Positions 1 through 8,749 of a stretch of 64,000 bases of DNA are shown here, one piece after another. Under the pieces are notes generated by a model that worked only from the letters and a program-made list of their open reading frames with translations, was not told the DNA's origin and ran no database searches. The DNA comes from Polyangiales bacterium. GTDB lineage: Bacteria > Myxococcota_A > Polyangia > Polyangiales > Polyangiaceae. Position 1 is the first letter of the stretch. The number at the start of each line of letters is the position of its first letter. Made by a program: the position numbers and the translations under genes. The stretch spans positions 160,001 through 224,000 of the forward strand of contig JBBRLQ010000007.1 of assembly GCA_038231275.1 (NCBI GenBank), read 5' to 3'.

Positions 1-1
1 G

Positions 2-616
2 ATGGGCGGCCCCATCGACACGCGCCGCAGCCCCACCGAAGTGAACGCGCTCGCGCTGCGCAGGTCGTACGAGTGGTTCGAGACGACGGTCATCTGCGAC
101 GTGCCCGAGAAGTACCCGGGGTACATGCGCCGGGTCTATCCGGGCTTCCTCCAGCTCGGCGGCTTCGTAGCGATGAACCCGTCGAAGCATCTGCAGTCGC
201 ACTGGGACTTCTACAAGGACCTCGTGAAGGGCGACGACGAGGACGCCGAGGCGCACCGTCGCTTCTACGACGAGTACAACGCGGTGCTCGACATGCCGGC
301 GGAGTACTACCTCGACACGATCAAGACCGTGTTCCAGGATCACGCGCTCGCGAAGGGGACGTGGCACGTGAGGGGCGTACGCGTCGCGCCGGAGGACATT
401 CGGGACGTCGCGCTCTTCACGATCGAGGGCGAGCTGGACGACATCTCTGGCAGCGGGCAGACCGAGGCGGCGCATGGGCTGTGCACCGGGATTGCTGCGT
501 CGCACAAAGAGCACTTCACGGCGCCGCAGTGCGGTCACTACGGCATCTTCAGCGGGCGACGGTGGCGCGAGGTCATCTATCCGCGCCTCCACGATTTCAT
601 CCGCGCGCACGCGTGA
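2..616 (+). CDS. phaZ: Intracellular polyhydroxyalkanoate (PHB) depolymerase, C-terminal part (5' end outside window)
   Basis: MGGPID, RRVYPGFLQL, EGELDDI and GHYGIF motifs typical of the PhaZ1-type PHB depolymerase C-terminus; followed by bdhA. Confidence 0.9.
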   Translation: MGGPIDTRRSPTEVNALALRRSYEWFETTVICDVPEKYPGYMRRVYPGFLQLGGFVAMNPSKHLQSHWDFYKDLVKGDDEDAEAHRRFYDEYNAVLDMPAEYYLDTIKTVFQDHALAKGTWHVRGVRVAPEDIRDVALFTIEGELDDISGSGQTEAAHGLCTGIAASHKEHFTAPQCGHYGIFSGRRWREVIYPRLHDFIRAHA

Positions 617-642
617 GCGGGCGCCGCGAGTAGGAGCGGGAC

Positions 643-1419
643 ATGCGGCAGCAGGGAGAGTTCCTGAAGGGGAAGCGCGCGCTCGTGACGGGCGCGGCGT
701 CGGGGATCGGCCTCGCAGTGTCGCGGGAGCTCGAGTCGGCGGGCGCCGATGTCGTCATGAGCGACGTCCAGGAGGGGCTCTTGCGCGACGCCGCGGCCGG
801 AGTTCCGCGCGCGACGGCGATCGCCGCGGATCTCTCCTCGCGCGACGCGCTGCACGATCTCGCGCGCGCGGCAGGGGAGATCGACATCCTCGTGAACAAC
901 GCGGGCCTCCAGCACGTGCGCCCGGTGGAAGAGTTCGACGAGGCGAAGTGGGATCTGCTCCTCGCGACGATGCTGACCGCGCCGTTCCTGCTCATTCGTA
1001 AGCTCCTCCCCGCGATGTACGCGAAGGGCTGGGGGCGCGTCGTGAACGTGGGGTCGGTGCACAGCCTCGTCGCGTCGGCGTACAAGACGGCGTACGTGTC
1101 GGCGAAGCACGGCCTCATGGGCCTCACCAAGACCGTCGCGCTCGAGACCGCGGCGCGCGCACCGGGGATCACCGTCAACACGGTCTGCCCGTCGTACGTG
1201 CGCACGCCGCTCGTCGAGAAGCAGATCGCCGATCAGGCGCGCGTGCATGGCATGTCGGAGTCGGACGTTGTCGAGCGCGTGCTGCTGACCCAGAACGCGA
1301 ACAAGCGCCTCATCGAGCCGGAAGAGGTCGGCCAGTGCGTCGTCTTCCTGTGCTCGGGTGCGGCCGCGTCGATCACGGGCTCGGCGTTCACGATGGACGC
1401 CGGCTGGCTCGCGCATTGA
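643..1419 (+). CDS. bdhA: 3-hydroxybutyrate dehydrogenase (SDR family)
   Basis: TGAASGIG, NNAGLQHV, YVSAKHG and CPSYVRTPLVEKQI motifs; AGGAG RBS; downstream of PHB depolymerase. Confidence 0.9.
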   Translation: MRQQGEFLKGKRALVTGAASGIGLAVSRELESAGADVVMSDVQEGLLRDAAAGVPRATAIAADLSSRDALHDLARAAGEIDILVNNAGLQHVRPVEEFDEAKWDLLLATMLTAPFLLIRKLLPAMYAKGWGRVVNVGSVHSLVASAYKTAYVSAKHGLMGLTKTVALETAARAPGITVNTVCPSYVRTPLVEKQIADQARVHGMSESDVVERVLLTQNANKRLIEPEEVGQCVVFLCSGAAASITGSAFTMDAGWLAH

Positions 1420-1451
1420 GCGGGCGAGAGCCCGCTCAATGCATCGTTTTT
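1413..1451 (+). terminator. Intrinsic terminator after bdhA
   Basis: Perfect 13-bp inverted repeat GCATTGAGCGGGC-gaga-GCCCGCTCAATGC followed by ATCGTTTTT. Confidence 0.7.
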
Positions 1452-1552
1452 GTGGGCCTGCGGCCCCTCCCCGCCGAGGAACGGCGCGGAGGCCTCCCCG
1501 CATCGCCCTGCGGGCGAAGTCGTGCTGCGCGCGACGGCGACCTGGAGCCTGA

Positions 1553-2233
1553 CTAGCGGCCGGGGGGCTTGAGCGGGAGCTGGCTGGTGGAGGGCGGAGG
1601 GGGCGGGATTTTCCCGCTCTTGCCGTCTTCCGTCATCATCTCGAGGGCGAGGAGCGCGTTGAGGACGCGGTCCATGCCGTGCTCGAGCGCTGCTTCCTTC
1701 TGGAAGATCGACGCGACGCGGACGAGCCGGAGCGACGTTGTCTTGCCGAGATCGATCTCGCGCTCGAGGAACGCCTCGAAGGTGCCGTAGCCCTTCGCCT
1801 CGTAGAGGCGGCGGAGCTGGACGTCCTTGAGGACGATCCCGATGTCGAAGAAGCCCTTGTTCAGGTTCTTCCGGAAGCCTTTGATCTGGACGAGCGCGTT
1901 GTGAAGGTCGGCGATCTTCGCCTTGATGTCCTCGGCCCCGGTGGGGACGCGGATCGTGGCGCGCGCGCTGCCCGGAAGCGGCGGCTCGGCCGCACGGGCA
2001 CGCGCCTCGGCGGCGTGCTTCGCGGCGTGACGGGCGGCCCACGGCGCGGCGCCGCGGAGACCGAGCTTTCGCTTGCCGTCCACACCTTTGGCAGCGCCAG
2101 CCGGTGCTGCGGCGGCCGCGGGTTTCCCCGACGACGGCTTCGGGCCCTTGCCCACTTTGCCGGCCGCCGCCGACGAACCCTTCGCGCCAATCGGCGCTTG
2201 CTTCTTCGTGCTCCCCATCAATTGCGCCTGCAT
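1553..2233 (-). CDS. Hypothetical protein with Lys/Ala/Gly-rich N-terminus and a helical, possibly DNA-binding core
   Basis: High-GC3 frame; core IGIVLKDVQLRRLYEAKGYGTFEAFLEREIDLGKTTSLRLV; start uncertain (ATG 2233 or 2218). Confidence 0.75.
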   Translation of the reverse strand: MQAQLMGSTKKQAPIGAKGSSAAAGKVGKGPKPSSGKPAAAAAPAGAAKGVDGKRKLGLRGAAPWAARHAAKHAAEARARAAEPPLPGSARATIRVPTGAEDIKAKIADLHNALVQIKGFRKNLNKGFFDIGIVLKDVQLRRLYEAKGYGTFEAFLEREIDLGKTTSLRLVRVASIFQKEAALEHGMDRVLNALLALEMMTEDGKSGKIPPPPPSTSQLPLKPPGR

Positions 2234-2375
2234 ATCCTCGAAAGTCTTGAGGACCCCAGTACCACTTGTCGACGCCTTAGGTAAAGAATCATTCAGTCCG
2301 CGCGAGCGCGGATTGCCCATCCACGAGCATCCAAGGCAGGATGCGACCGCGGCGTGTGCGCCGTGACGAGGTCTC

Positions 2376-3350
2376 TTGGCCACCTTCACAGCGCTCGAAC
2401 CGTCCGACGTGACCTCGCTCTTGCAGGCGTACAACTTGCTGGAATTAGGCGCGTTTCACGGAATTCCCGCGGGGAGCGTGAACTCGAACTTCGAGATTTT
2501 CGCCGGCGACGCCAAGATTTTTCTGCGCGTGTACGAGGAGCAAGATCGGGCCGGCGCAGAATCGGAGACGCGTCTCCTCGCGTCGCTCGCCGCGCGAGGG
2601 GTGAGGACGCCGCCGCCGATCGCGCGGAAGGACGGCGGGCTCGTCTCCGAGGTGCGCGGCAAGCCGGCGGCGCTCTTTCCGTGGCAGCCGGGGGGCATGC
2701 GTTGCCAAAAGGGGGTGACGCCGGAGGACGCGGCGCGTGTCGGCGAGGCGCTGGCCCGTGTCCACGTCGCGGGGGAAGGGTTGCCGCGCGGGGAGGGGCG
2801 GTTTCGGCCTTCCGACCTGCGCGCGCGGCTCGGTCGCATCGCGGCATCTCCCGACGCGAAGCTCGCCGAGCACGCAGAGCCGCTCGGCAAGTCCCTCGAT
2901 CGGTGGGAGCGCGCGCGAACCGATCTGCCGCGTGGCCTCATCCACGGCGATCTCTTCCGCGACAACGTCCTCTGGAGCGGAGGCGGCGAGATCTCGGCGC
3001 TCCTCGACTTCGAGAGCGCGTCCGACGGAGTCCATGCCTACGATCTGATGGTCACGATCCTCGCGTGGTGCGTCGGCGACGATCTCGAGCTCGAGCTCGC
3101 GCAGGCAATGGCGCGTGGCTACTCGGGCGTGCGTCCGCTCTCGCCGGAGGAGAAGCGCGGCCTCCTGACCGAAGGATGCCTCGCCGCGGTGAGGTTCACC
3201 ATCACACGCCTCACCGACTATGCGATGCGCGTCGGCGAGGGCCCGCGCGTGATGAAGGACTACCGGCGCTTCGCGATGCGCCTCACGCGCCTCGAGCGCA
3301 TCGCCGACACGATCGGGGGAGAGGGCTTTGCGTCCGCGCTGGATCTCTGA
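2376..3350 (+). CDS. thrB: Homoserine kinase type II (APH/choline kinase-like fold)
   Basis: GSVNSNF, RGLIHGDLFRDNVL and LLDFE motifs; TTG start. Confidence 0.85.
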   Translation: MATFTALEPSDVTSLLQAYNLLELGAFHGIPAGSVNSNFEIFAGDAKIFLRVYEEQDRAGAESETRLLASLAARGVRTPPPIARKDGGLVSEVRGKPAALFPWQPGGMRCQKGVTPEDAARVGEALARVHVAGEGLPRGEGRFRPSDLRARLGRIAASPDAKLAEHAEPLGKSLDRWERARTDLPRGLIHGDLFRDNVLWSGGGEISALLDFESASDGVHAYDLMVTILAWCVGDDLELELAQAMARGYSGVRPLSPEEKRGLLTEGCLAAVRFTITRLTDYAMRVGEGPRVMKDYRRFAMRLTRLERIADTIGGEGFASALDL

Positions 3351-3900
3351 GATCTGCGTGGCGGCGTGTCTAGTCCTCGCGCCGACGACGGCGAGCGGGT
3401 CGGAGACGAAGGCCACGGAGCCTGCCATCGCGCCGACCGTCGCGTGGATCGCGACGCAGTTCATCCCGAGCCCCGAGGTCGCCGCCGGCGCCGGGCACAC
3501 GCACGCGGGGCTGCGCTGGCAGGTGACGCCGCTCCTCTACTCGTGGGGCATCAACCGCAAGCTGTCGCCTTGGCGCGTCCTCGTCGCCGAGCCGCTGTCG
3601 CGCCAGAGCGGATCGATCGAGGCGTTCCTCTCCCCCGAGTTCATCGACGTCGACGGCGACGCGACCGACAAATGGCTGCTCCGCCCCGGCCTCCGCGCGT
3701 ACTTCCCGATCCTCCAGCACGGCGAGTACCTGAGCATGTCGGTCGGCTCGAGCTACCAAAACGTTCAGGGCCGCGGCAGCGCGGCGTTCGAAGGGGGCCT
3801 CTACGTGCTCTACGGGCTCTTCGGCGTTCAAGTCACCTACGCCCCCTTGCCGCATCAGCCCGCAGGGACCATCGTGACCTTGAGGTTTCGGTATTTTTGA
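3328..3900 (+). CDS. Hypothetical exported protein, possible small outer-membrane beta-barrel
   Basis: Signal-like N-terminus, amphipathic beta-strands, C-terminal TLRFRYF; TGATG overlap with next gene. Confidence 0.65.
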   Translation: MRPRWISEICVAACLVLAPTTASGSETKATEPAIAPTVAWIATQFIPSPEVAAGAGHTHAGLRWQVTPLLYSWGINRKLSPWRVLVAEPLSRQSGSIEAFLSPEFIDVDGDATDKWLLRPGLRAYFPILQHGEYLSMSVGSSYQNVQGRGSAAFEGGLYVLYGLFGVQVTYAPLPHQPAGTIVTLRFRYF

Positions 3901-4907
3901 TGCGCGCACCGTCCACACTCCGTCGGCCTCGCCTCGCGATCGCGGCGCTCACCTTCCTGGCGACGACGTCCTGCGTGACGGCGAGCAAGATGGCGGGCAG
4001 GAACATGGTCGCGCTCGTCTCGGCGCCGCGTGAAGTGCAGACGCGCATCACCCACCCGCAGCGGCCGGACGCCCGCCTCGCCGTGCTCTGGATCGGCCAC
4101 GCGACGACGCTCGTACAGATGGACGACAAATTCATCATGACCGATCCCGTCTTCACCGGCAGCGTGGGGCAGCTGTCGAAGCGCCTCGTCGAGCCGGGGA
4201 TCGACCCGAATTTCCTGCCGATCGTCGACGTTACGGTGATCTCGCACATGCACTTCGATCATCTGTCGCTCGGCTCGCTCGATCTCGTCGAGCCGAAGCT
4301 GCGCCAGGTCCTGGTCCCCAAGGGGGGCCTCATCTACGTGCCGAACTACCGCTTCGAGACCGACGAGGTCGCGATGTGGCGCTCGTGGCAGAGCGGCGAT
4401 CTCAAGGTGACGGCAGTGCCGGTGGAGCACGTCGGGTTCCGCTACGGCATCGACGCGACGTGGATGACGACGACCTTCACCGGCTGGGTGTTCGAGTACC
4501 ACGGCATGACCGTCTACTTCGGAGGTGACACCGCGTACGTCGCCGAGAACTTCAAGAAGACGGCGGCGCGCTTCCCGCACATCGACGTCGCGCTCCTCCC
4601 GATCGCGCCCATCAACCCGCGCGGCTTCATGAAGCGCACGCATGTAGATCCCAAGGAGGCGGTGCAGGCGTTCCTCGATCTGGGCGCGAAGGTCATGATC
4701 CCGATCCACTTCGACACGTTCGTGAACAGCGAGGACGAGCCGGGCGAGGCGCGGCACGTGCTCGAGGGCGTGATGAAGGAGCGAGGGCTCGGCGCCGATC
4801 GGGTGCAAATCCTCGCGATCGGGGAGCAGCGCGTCCTGATCCCGGTCGCGCCGATCGCGCCGGTGGCTCCCCCGGCGGCGGAGGCGCTCGTCAGAAGCGG
4901 ACCGTGA
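3900..4907 (+). CDS. MBL-fold metallo-hydrolase (NAPE-PLD/RomA-like), probably exported
   Basis: WIGHAT, TDPVF, SHMHFDH (HxHxDH), YFGGDT and IPIHF motifs. Confidence 0.88.
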   Translation: MRAPSTLRRPRLAIAALTFLATTSCVTASKMAGRNMVALVSAPREVQTRITHPQRPDARLAVLWIGHATTLVQMDDKFIMTDPVFTGSVGQLSKRLVEPGIDPNFLPIVDVTVISHMHFDHLSLGSLDLVEPKLRQVLVPKGGLIYVPNYRFETDEVAMWRSWQSGDLKVTAVPVEHVGFRYGIDATWMTTTFTGWVFEYHGMTVYFGGDTAYVAENFKKTAARFPHIDVALLPIAPINPRGFMKRTHVDPKEAVQAFLDLGAKVMIPIHFDTFVNSEDEPGEARHVLEGVMKERGLGADRVQILAIGEQRVLIPVAPIAPVAPPAAEALVRSGP

Positions 4908-5838
4908 TCGCGCCCCCGGCGGGGCCGACCGTGGCGGTGGCCGACGAGGCGCCGTTCTTGGGCGCCGTGACGACGAGGACCACGCCAGTCGCCGCGAGCA
5001 CGCCTGCGGCGACCCAGGCGATGTTGGTCACCGTCCGCAGCGAGTCGGCGCGATCGTGCGCACTCTGGTCGCGGTGGCCCGAGTCGTTGAAGTCGTTCTT
5101 CGCCGAGATCGCCGCCAGGCCGAAGGTGACGCCGAGCCCGGACGCGATGACCGCTCCGCCCAGCGCGACGAAGCCGGTGATTTTTCGCGCGCTCGTCCCG
5201 GAAGATGGCGGGGGGGGCTCGCGCTTCTCGACCGGCGGTGGCGCGGGCGAGGGGAGGGGTACCCCTGCAATGTCGCTCCGCGGCGTCTCCAACGCGAAGG
5301 GCGTCACGCCGCCGGCCGCGACGTTCACGCGCGGCCTCGAGGACGCTCCTCCGTCGAATCGCGCGGCGATCTCGTGGCTCCCGGCGGTCACGTGGATCTT
5401 CGCAGGGAGCGTCGCTCCTTCGCGGTGCGCCACGGTCACCGTCGCGCCGGCCGGTCCGGTGATCTCGAGGCGTCCGAGCATCTTCTCGAGGTTGCCGAGC
5501 CGCGTCTGGGCGTCTTTCTTCTGCTGCGCGCCGAGATCGCCGAGGTCGAGCGCGGCGGCGTACGCGTCGGCCGCGCGCGGTCCCTCGCCGGCGGCTTCCC
5601 ACGCGAGCCCCGCGTTGTAGATCGCGGCGCCGCGCGGCGACTCCTTGAACGCGCGCTCGAACGCCGCCGCCGCGCCGCGGTAGTCGCTCTTCTGGTACGC
5701 GCTCGCCCCGGCTTTGAACGCCTCGGCCGCCGCGGCGTCGCTCGCGAACGCGTTCGAGCTGAGCGCCGAGAGGAGCATCGCCGACGCGATCGCGAAGGAG
5801 CGCGCGCGAATCGGGATCGTGGAGCGGACGGATCGCAT
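4891..5838 (-). CDS. TPR + PEGA-like exported protein (kinase partner)
   Basis: Signal peptide; TPR helices (AFKAGASAYQKSDYRGAAAAFERAF...IYNAGLAWE); PEGA-like beta region; C-terminal AITVRF. Confidence 0.8.
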   Translation of the reverse strand: MRSVRSTIPIRARSFAIASAMLLSALSSNAFASDAAAAEAFKAGASAYQKSDYRGAAAAFERAFKESPRGAAIYNAGLAWEAAGEGPRAADAYAAALDLGDLGAQQKKDAQTRLGNLEKMLGRLEITGPAGATVTVAHREGATLPAKIHVTAGSHEIAARFDGGASSRPRVNVAAGGVTPFALETPRSDIAGVPLPSPAPPPVEKREPPPPSSGTSARKITGFVALGGAVIASGLGVTFGLAAISAKNDFNDSGHRDQSAHDRADSLRTVTNIAWVAAGVLAATGVVLVVTAPKNGASSATATVGPAGGAITVRF

Positions 5839-7646
5839 CAGCGGGCGTAGGGATCGGGAGCGAGGGGCGCCGGCTTCGGGGCAAGAGGCACGAGCGGCGC
5901 GACCGCAGTCGGCGGGGTCGGCGCCGCGGGGCGCGCAGTCGGCGGAAAGTCCATCTTGAGCGTGACGGCGCCGGGCGCGAAGGCGGTCCGCGCCTCACGG
6001 CCGTCCGTGGCGATCGCGTCGATGCGGCCGCCTTTCTCGCGCTCGGCAGGGTCGAGCGCGACGTCCACATCGCGCGAAGGCCGGGCGATCGCGATGACAC
6101 GGCCGTTCACGCGGAGCGAAGCGACCGGCGCGCTGGCGTGGAGGGCGAGGGGAGAGGCGCCCGTGGCGGTGGGCGGCGGCGCGGCAGCAGGCGCGTCGGT
6201 GCGCGATTCGTCCTCGGGCTCGCTCGGCACGACGGGCACGACCGCCGAAGGCGCGCTGGCCGCGGTCCGCGTCGGGCGCGCTGCGCCGCGCGACACCATG
6301 ACGATCCCGACGCCCGCGAGGACGACGACGAGCGCCGCGCCCGCCGAGATCGCCGCGACGATGCCAGGGTGCGCCCCGCGGCGAGGAGGCTCGGCGCCTG
6401 GAGTCGACGTCGACACGGACGTCGTGTCGGTTCGCGTCGGCGGCTCGTACGAGGGCGGCGGCACCCATGCCTCCACGGCCGGCGCGCTCGGCGCGCTCGT
6501 GACGGTCGGCGCTTCCATCTCGGGGATCGGAACGGGAGTCCTTGTCGACGCCGGCGGCGCCGTCCTCCCGACGCCGAGCATCTCTGCGCTGGGCGTGCCC
6601 ACGGACGTCTCCGTCGCCTCGGTGATCTGTCCGACCCGCGTGCGAAGACGGGCGATCTCCGTCGTCGCGCGCCGCCGCTCGGCGATCTTCGGCCCGACGA
6701 GCTCCTGCATGAACTCGGCGATCTCTTCGTACTCGGCGAGCTCACCGGTTGCGCGGCACGCCGCCGTCAGCTCTTTCGCGAACGCGCTTGCCGTCGGCGT
6801 ACGGAGCGCGGGGTCCATCATGAGCGCGCGCACGACGGCCTCCTCGACCCCCGGCGACACGTGCGGCGCGACGCTGCGGAGGCGCGGCGGGACCTCGGAG
6901 ACGACCTTCAGCAGGGTGGAGACGTCGTCCCCTTGCGGGTAGAGGCGGATGCCGCTGAAGAACTCCCACGCGACGATCCCGGCGGCCCACACGTCGCATC
7001 GACGATCGATGGCGCCGGCCTTTGCCTGCTCGGGCGCCATGTACGCGATCTTCCCCTTCACGAGCCCGCTGCGCGTCTGGCTGAGCCGGCTCGACGCGCG
7101 CGCGATCCCGAAGTCGGTGAGCTTGACCACGCCGTCGAGCCCCACAAGGAGGTTCTGCGGCGAAAAATCACGATGCACGACGCCGAGGTCCTCGCCATCC
7201 CCGCCCTTCAGCTCGTGCGCCGCGTGGAGGCCGGCGAGCGCGTCGACGAGGATGCGGGCGGTGATGCCGGTCGGGATCTCGACACCCGCGGCGGTCGCGC
7301 GCCGGCGAATTCCGGCGAGCGTGTCCCCCTCGACGTAATCCATGACGAGGAACGCACCGTTCGGATCGTCGCCGACGTCCAGGATCGAGATGACGTTCCG
7401 ATGGCGGATGCGCGCGGCGAGCTTCGCCTCCTCGAGGAGATCGATCACGAACTCGCTCGTCTCGCGCAGATGGGCGTGCGTGAGCTTGAGGGCGACGTCC
7501 TGCTCGAACCCGCCGAGCCCTCGCGTCCGCGCGAGGTACACCGTCGCCATCCCCCCGCTCGCGATGGGCAGGAGGATCTCGTACTTTCCGACCCGCTCTG
7601 GTCCTCGAGCGGTGCCGGCGTGCGAGCTCGGCACGTTGGCGCTCAT
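5838..7646 (-). CDS. Membrane-anchored Ser/Thr protein kinase
   Basis: ASGGMATVY, VALK, HRDFSPQN, DFG and YMAPE motifs; TM helix, then Pro-rich/PEGA-like region; start could be 7670. Confidence 0.93.
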   Translation of the reverse strand: MSANVPSSHAGTARGPERVGKYEILLPIASGGMATVYLARTRGLGGFEQDVALKLTHAHLRETSEFVIDLLEEAKLAARIRHRNVISILDVGDDPNGAFLVMDYVEGDTLAGIRRRATAAGVEIPTGITARILVDALAGLHAAHELKGGDGEDLGVVHRDFSPQNLLVGLDGVVKLTDFGIARASSRLSQTRSGLVKGKIAYMAPEQAKAGAIDRRCDVWAAGIVAWEFFSGIRLYPQGDDVSTLLKVVSEVPPRLRSVAPHVSPGVEEAVVRALMMDPALRTPTASAFAKELTAACRATGELAEYEEIAEFMQELVGPKIAERRRATTEIARLRTRVGQITEATETSVGTPSAEMLGVGRTAPPASTRTPVPIPEMEAPTVTSAPSAPAVEAWVPPPSYEPPTRTDTTSVSTSTPGAEPPRRGAHPGIVAAISAGAALVVVLAGVGIVMVSRGAARPTRTAASAPSAVVPVVPSEPEDESRTDAPAAAPPPTATGASPLALHASAPVASLRVNGRVIAIARPSRDVDVALDPAEREKGGRIDAIATDGREARTAFAPGAVTLKMDFPPTARPAAPTPPTAVAPLVPLAPKPAPLAPDPYAR

Positions 7647-7712
7647 CCAGCTGGGAAGGCTAGCATCCACCGCCCCGTGGAGGGGAGTTCGCAGTGTGGC
7701 CGCCGATGTGGA

Positions 7713-8666
7713 CTACGGCCCGACGTTGTAGTTTTGCTGGACCTCTTTCAGTGCCAGCGGACGCTGGTAGACCGCCGCGAGGTGCATCGTCCCCACGAAG
7801 GGGCGCGTTCCGTTCGCCGAGTTCGCGAGGTTCATCGTCCCGTTCTGATCCCACGTGGTCGCGAAGGAGCCGGCGATCGAGCCGTTCGCGGTCGGGTTGC
7901 CGTTCACGTAGGTCACCCACGCGCCGGCCGCGTCGCGCGTGAAGACGAAGTGCGTCCTGGTGAGCGTGACCGCCGAGGCGCTGTCGAAGGTCGTCGTGCC
8001 GGCGCCCATGCCCCTCAGGGAGCCGCCCCAGTTCACGGAGAGCTGCGCGATGTCGAAGTTGGTGCCCGAGATCGCGGCGGTCCCGCAGGAGACGAGGCGC
8101 GCGGAGGTCGCCGTGATGGCCATCGTCGAGGACGTCGCCCAGGCCTCGACGGTGAGCGCGTTCGAAACGGTGATCGCGTTGATGACCTTGAGCGCCTGCA
8201 CCCCGCTAAGGATGTTGGTCGCCGTCCCGATGTGCAGTCCCGACGCAATCCACGTGGTATTTGCAGGCTCCTCGATGGTCATGTCGAGCGGCGCGCCGAA
8301 GCCCGAGACGTCGTGCACCGTCGCGCCGGCGCCCTCCTTGAAGGTGTAGAGGGCGACGAGGCCTGCCGTGACACGCGTGGGCCCCGCGTCCACCCCGGTG
8401 TCGATCGGTGGCGCCGTGTCCCTGCCGTCACCTGGCGCGGCGTCCGTCGTCGACGTGTCCGCGCCCGAGTCCGCGCCGACCGCGCCATCGCTTCCCGTCG
8501 TGGAGTCGAGCGTCGCGCCGTCGTCCGGCACGGTGCCGTCGGGCGTGCCTCCGCCGTCCACTTGGGGGGCGCCGGTCTCGACCTCGCCGAGCTCGAAGGA
8601 GCACGCGGCCGTCGCGCTCGCGAAGAGCGCGACCACCACGCCGAGGCGCCACGCGCGTTGGCTCAT
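7713..8666 (-). CDS. LamG/concanavalin-like domain lipoprotein
   Basis: Lipobox TAAC; Asp/Gly/Thr linker; GLVALYTFKEGAG, LTVEAW, YVNG and AVYQRPL LamG-like motifs. Confidence 0.8.
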   Translation of the reverse strand: MSQRAWRLGVVVALFASATAACSFELGEVETGAPQVDGGGTPDGTVPDDGATLDSTTGSDGAVGADSGADTSTTDAAPGDGRDTAPPIDTGVDAGPTRVTAGLVALYTFKEGAGATVHDVSGFGAPLDMTIEEPANTTWIASGLHIGTATNILSGVQALKVINAITVSNALTVEAWATSSTMAITATSARLVSCGTAAISGTNFDIAQLSVNWGGSLRGMGAGTTTFDSASAVTLTRTHFVFTRDAAGAWVTYVNGNPTANGSIAGSFATTWDQNGTMNLANSANGTRPFVGTMHLAAVYQRPLALKEVQQNYNVGP

Positions 8667-8749
8667 CGAACCAAGAATGTCACGTTCGCGCCGCTCGGGC
8701 TAAGTCTCGTTGCCCGATCTACGGCCCGTCCCACAAGGTGCGTGGGCCG

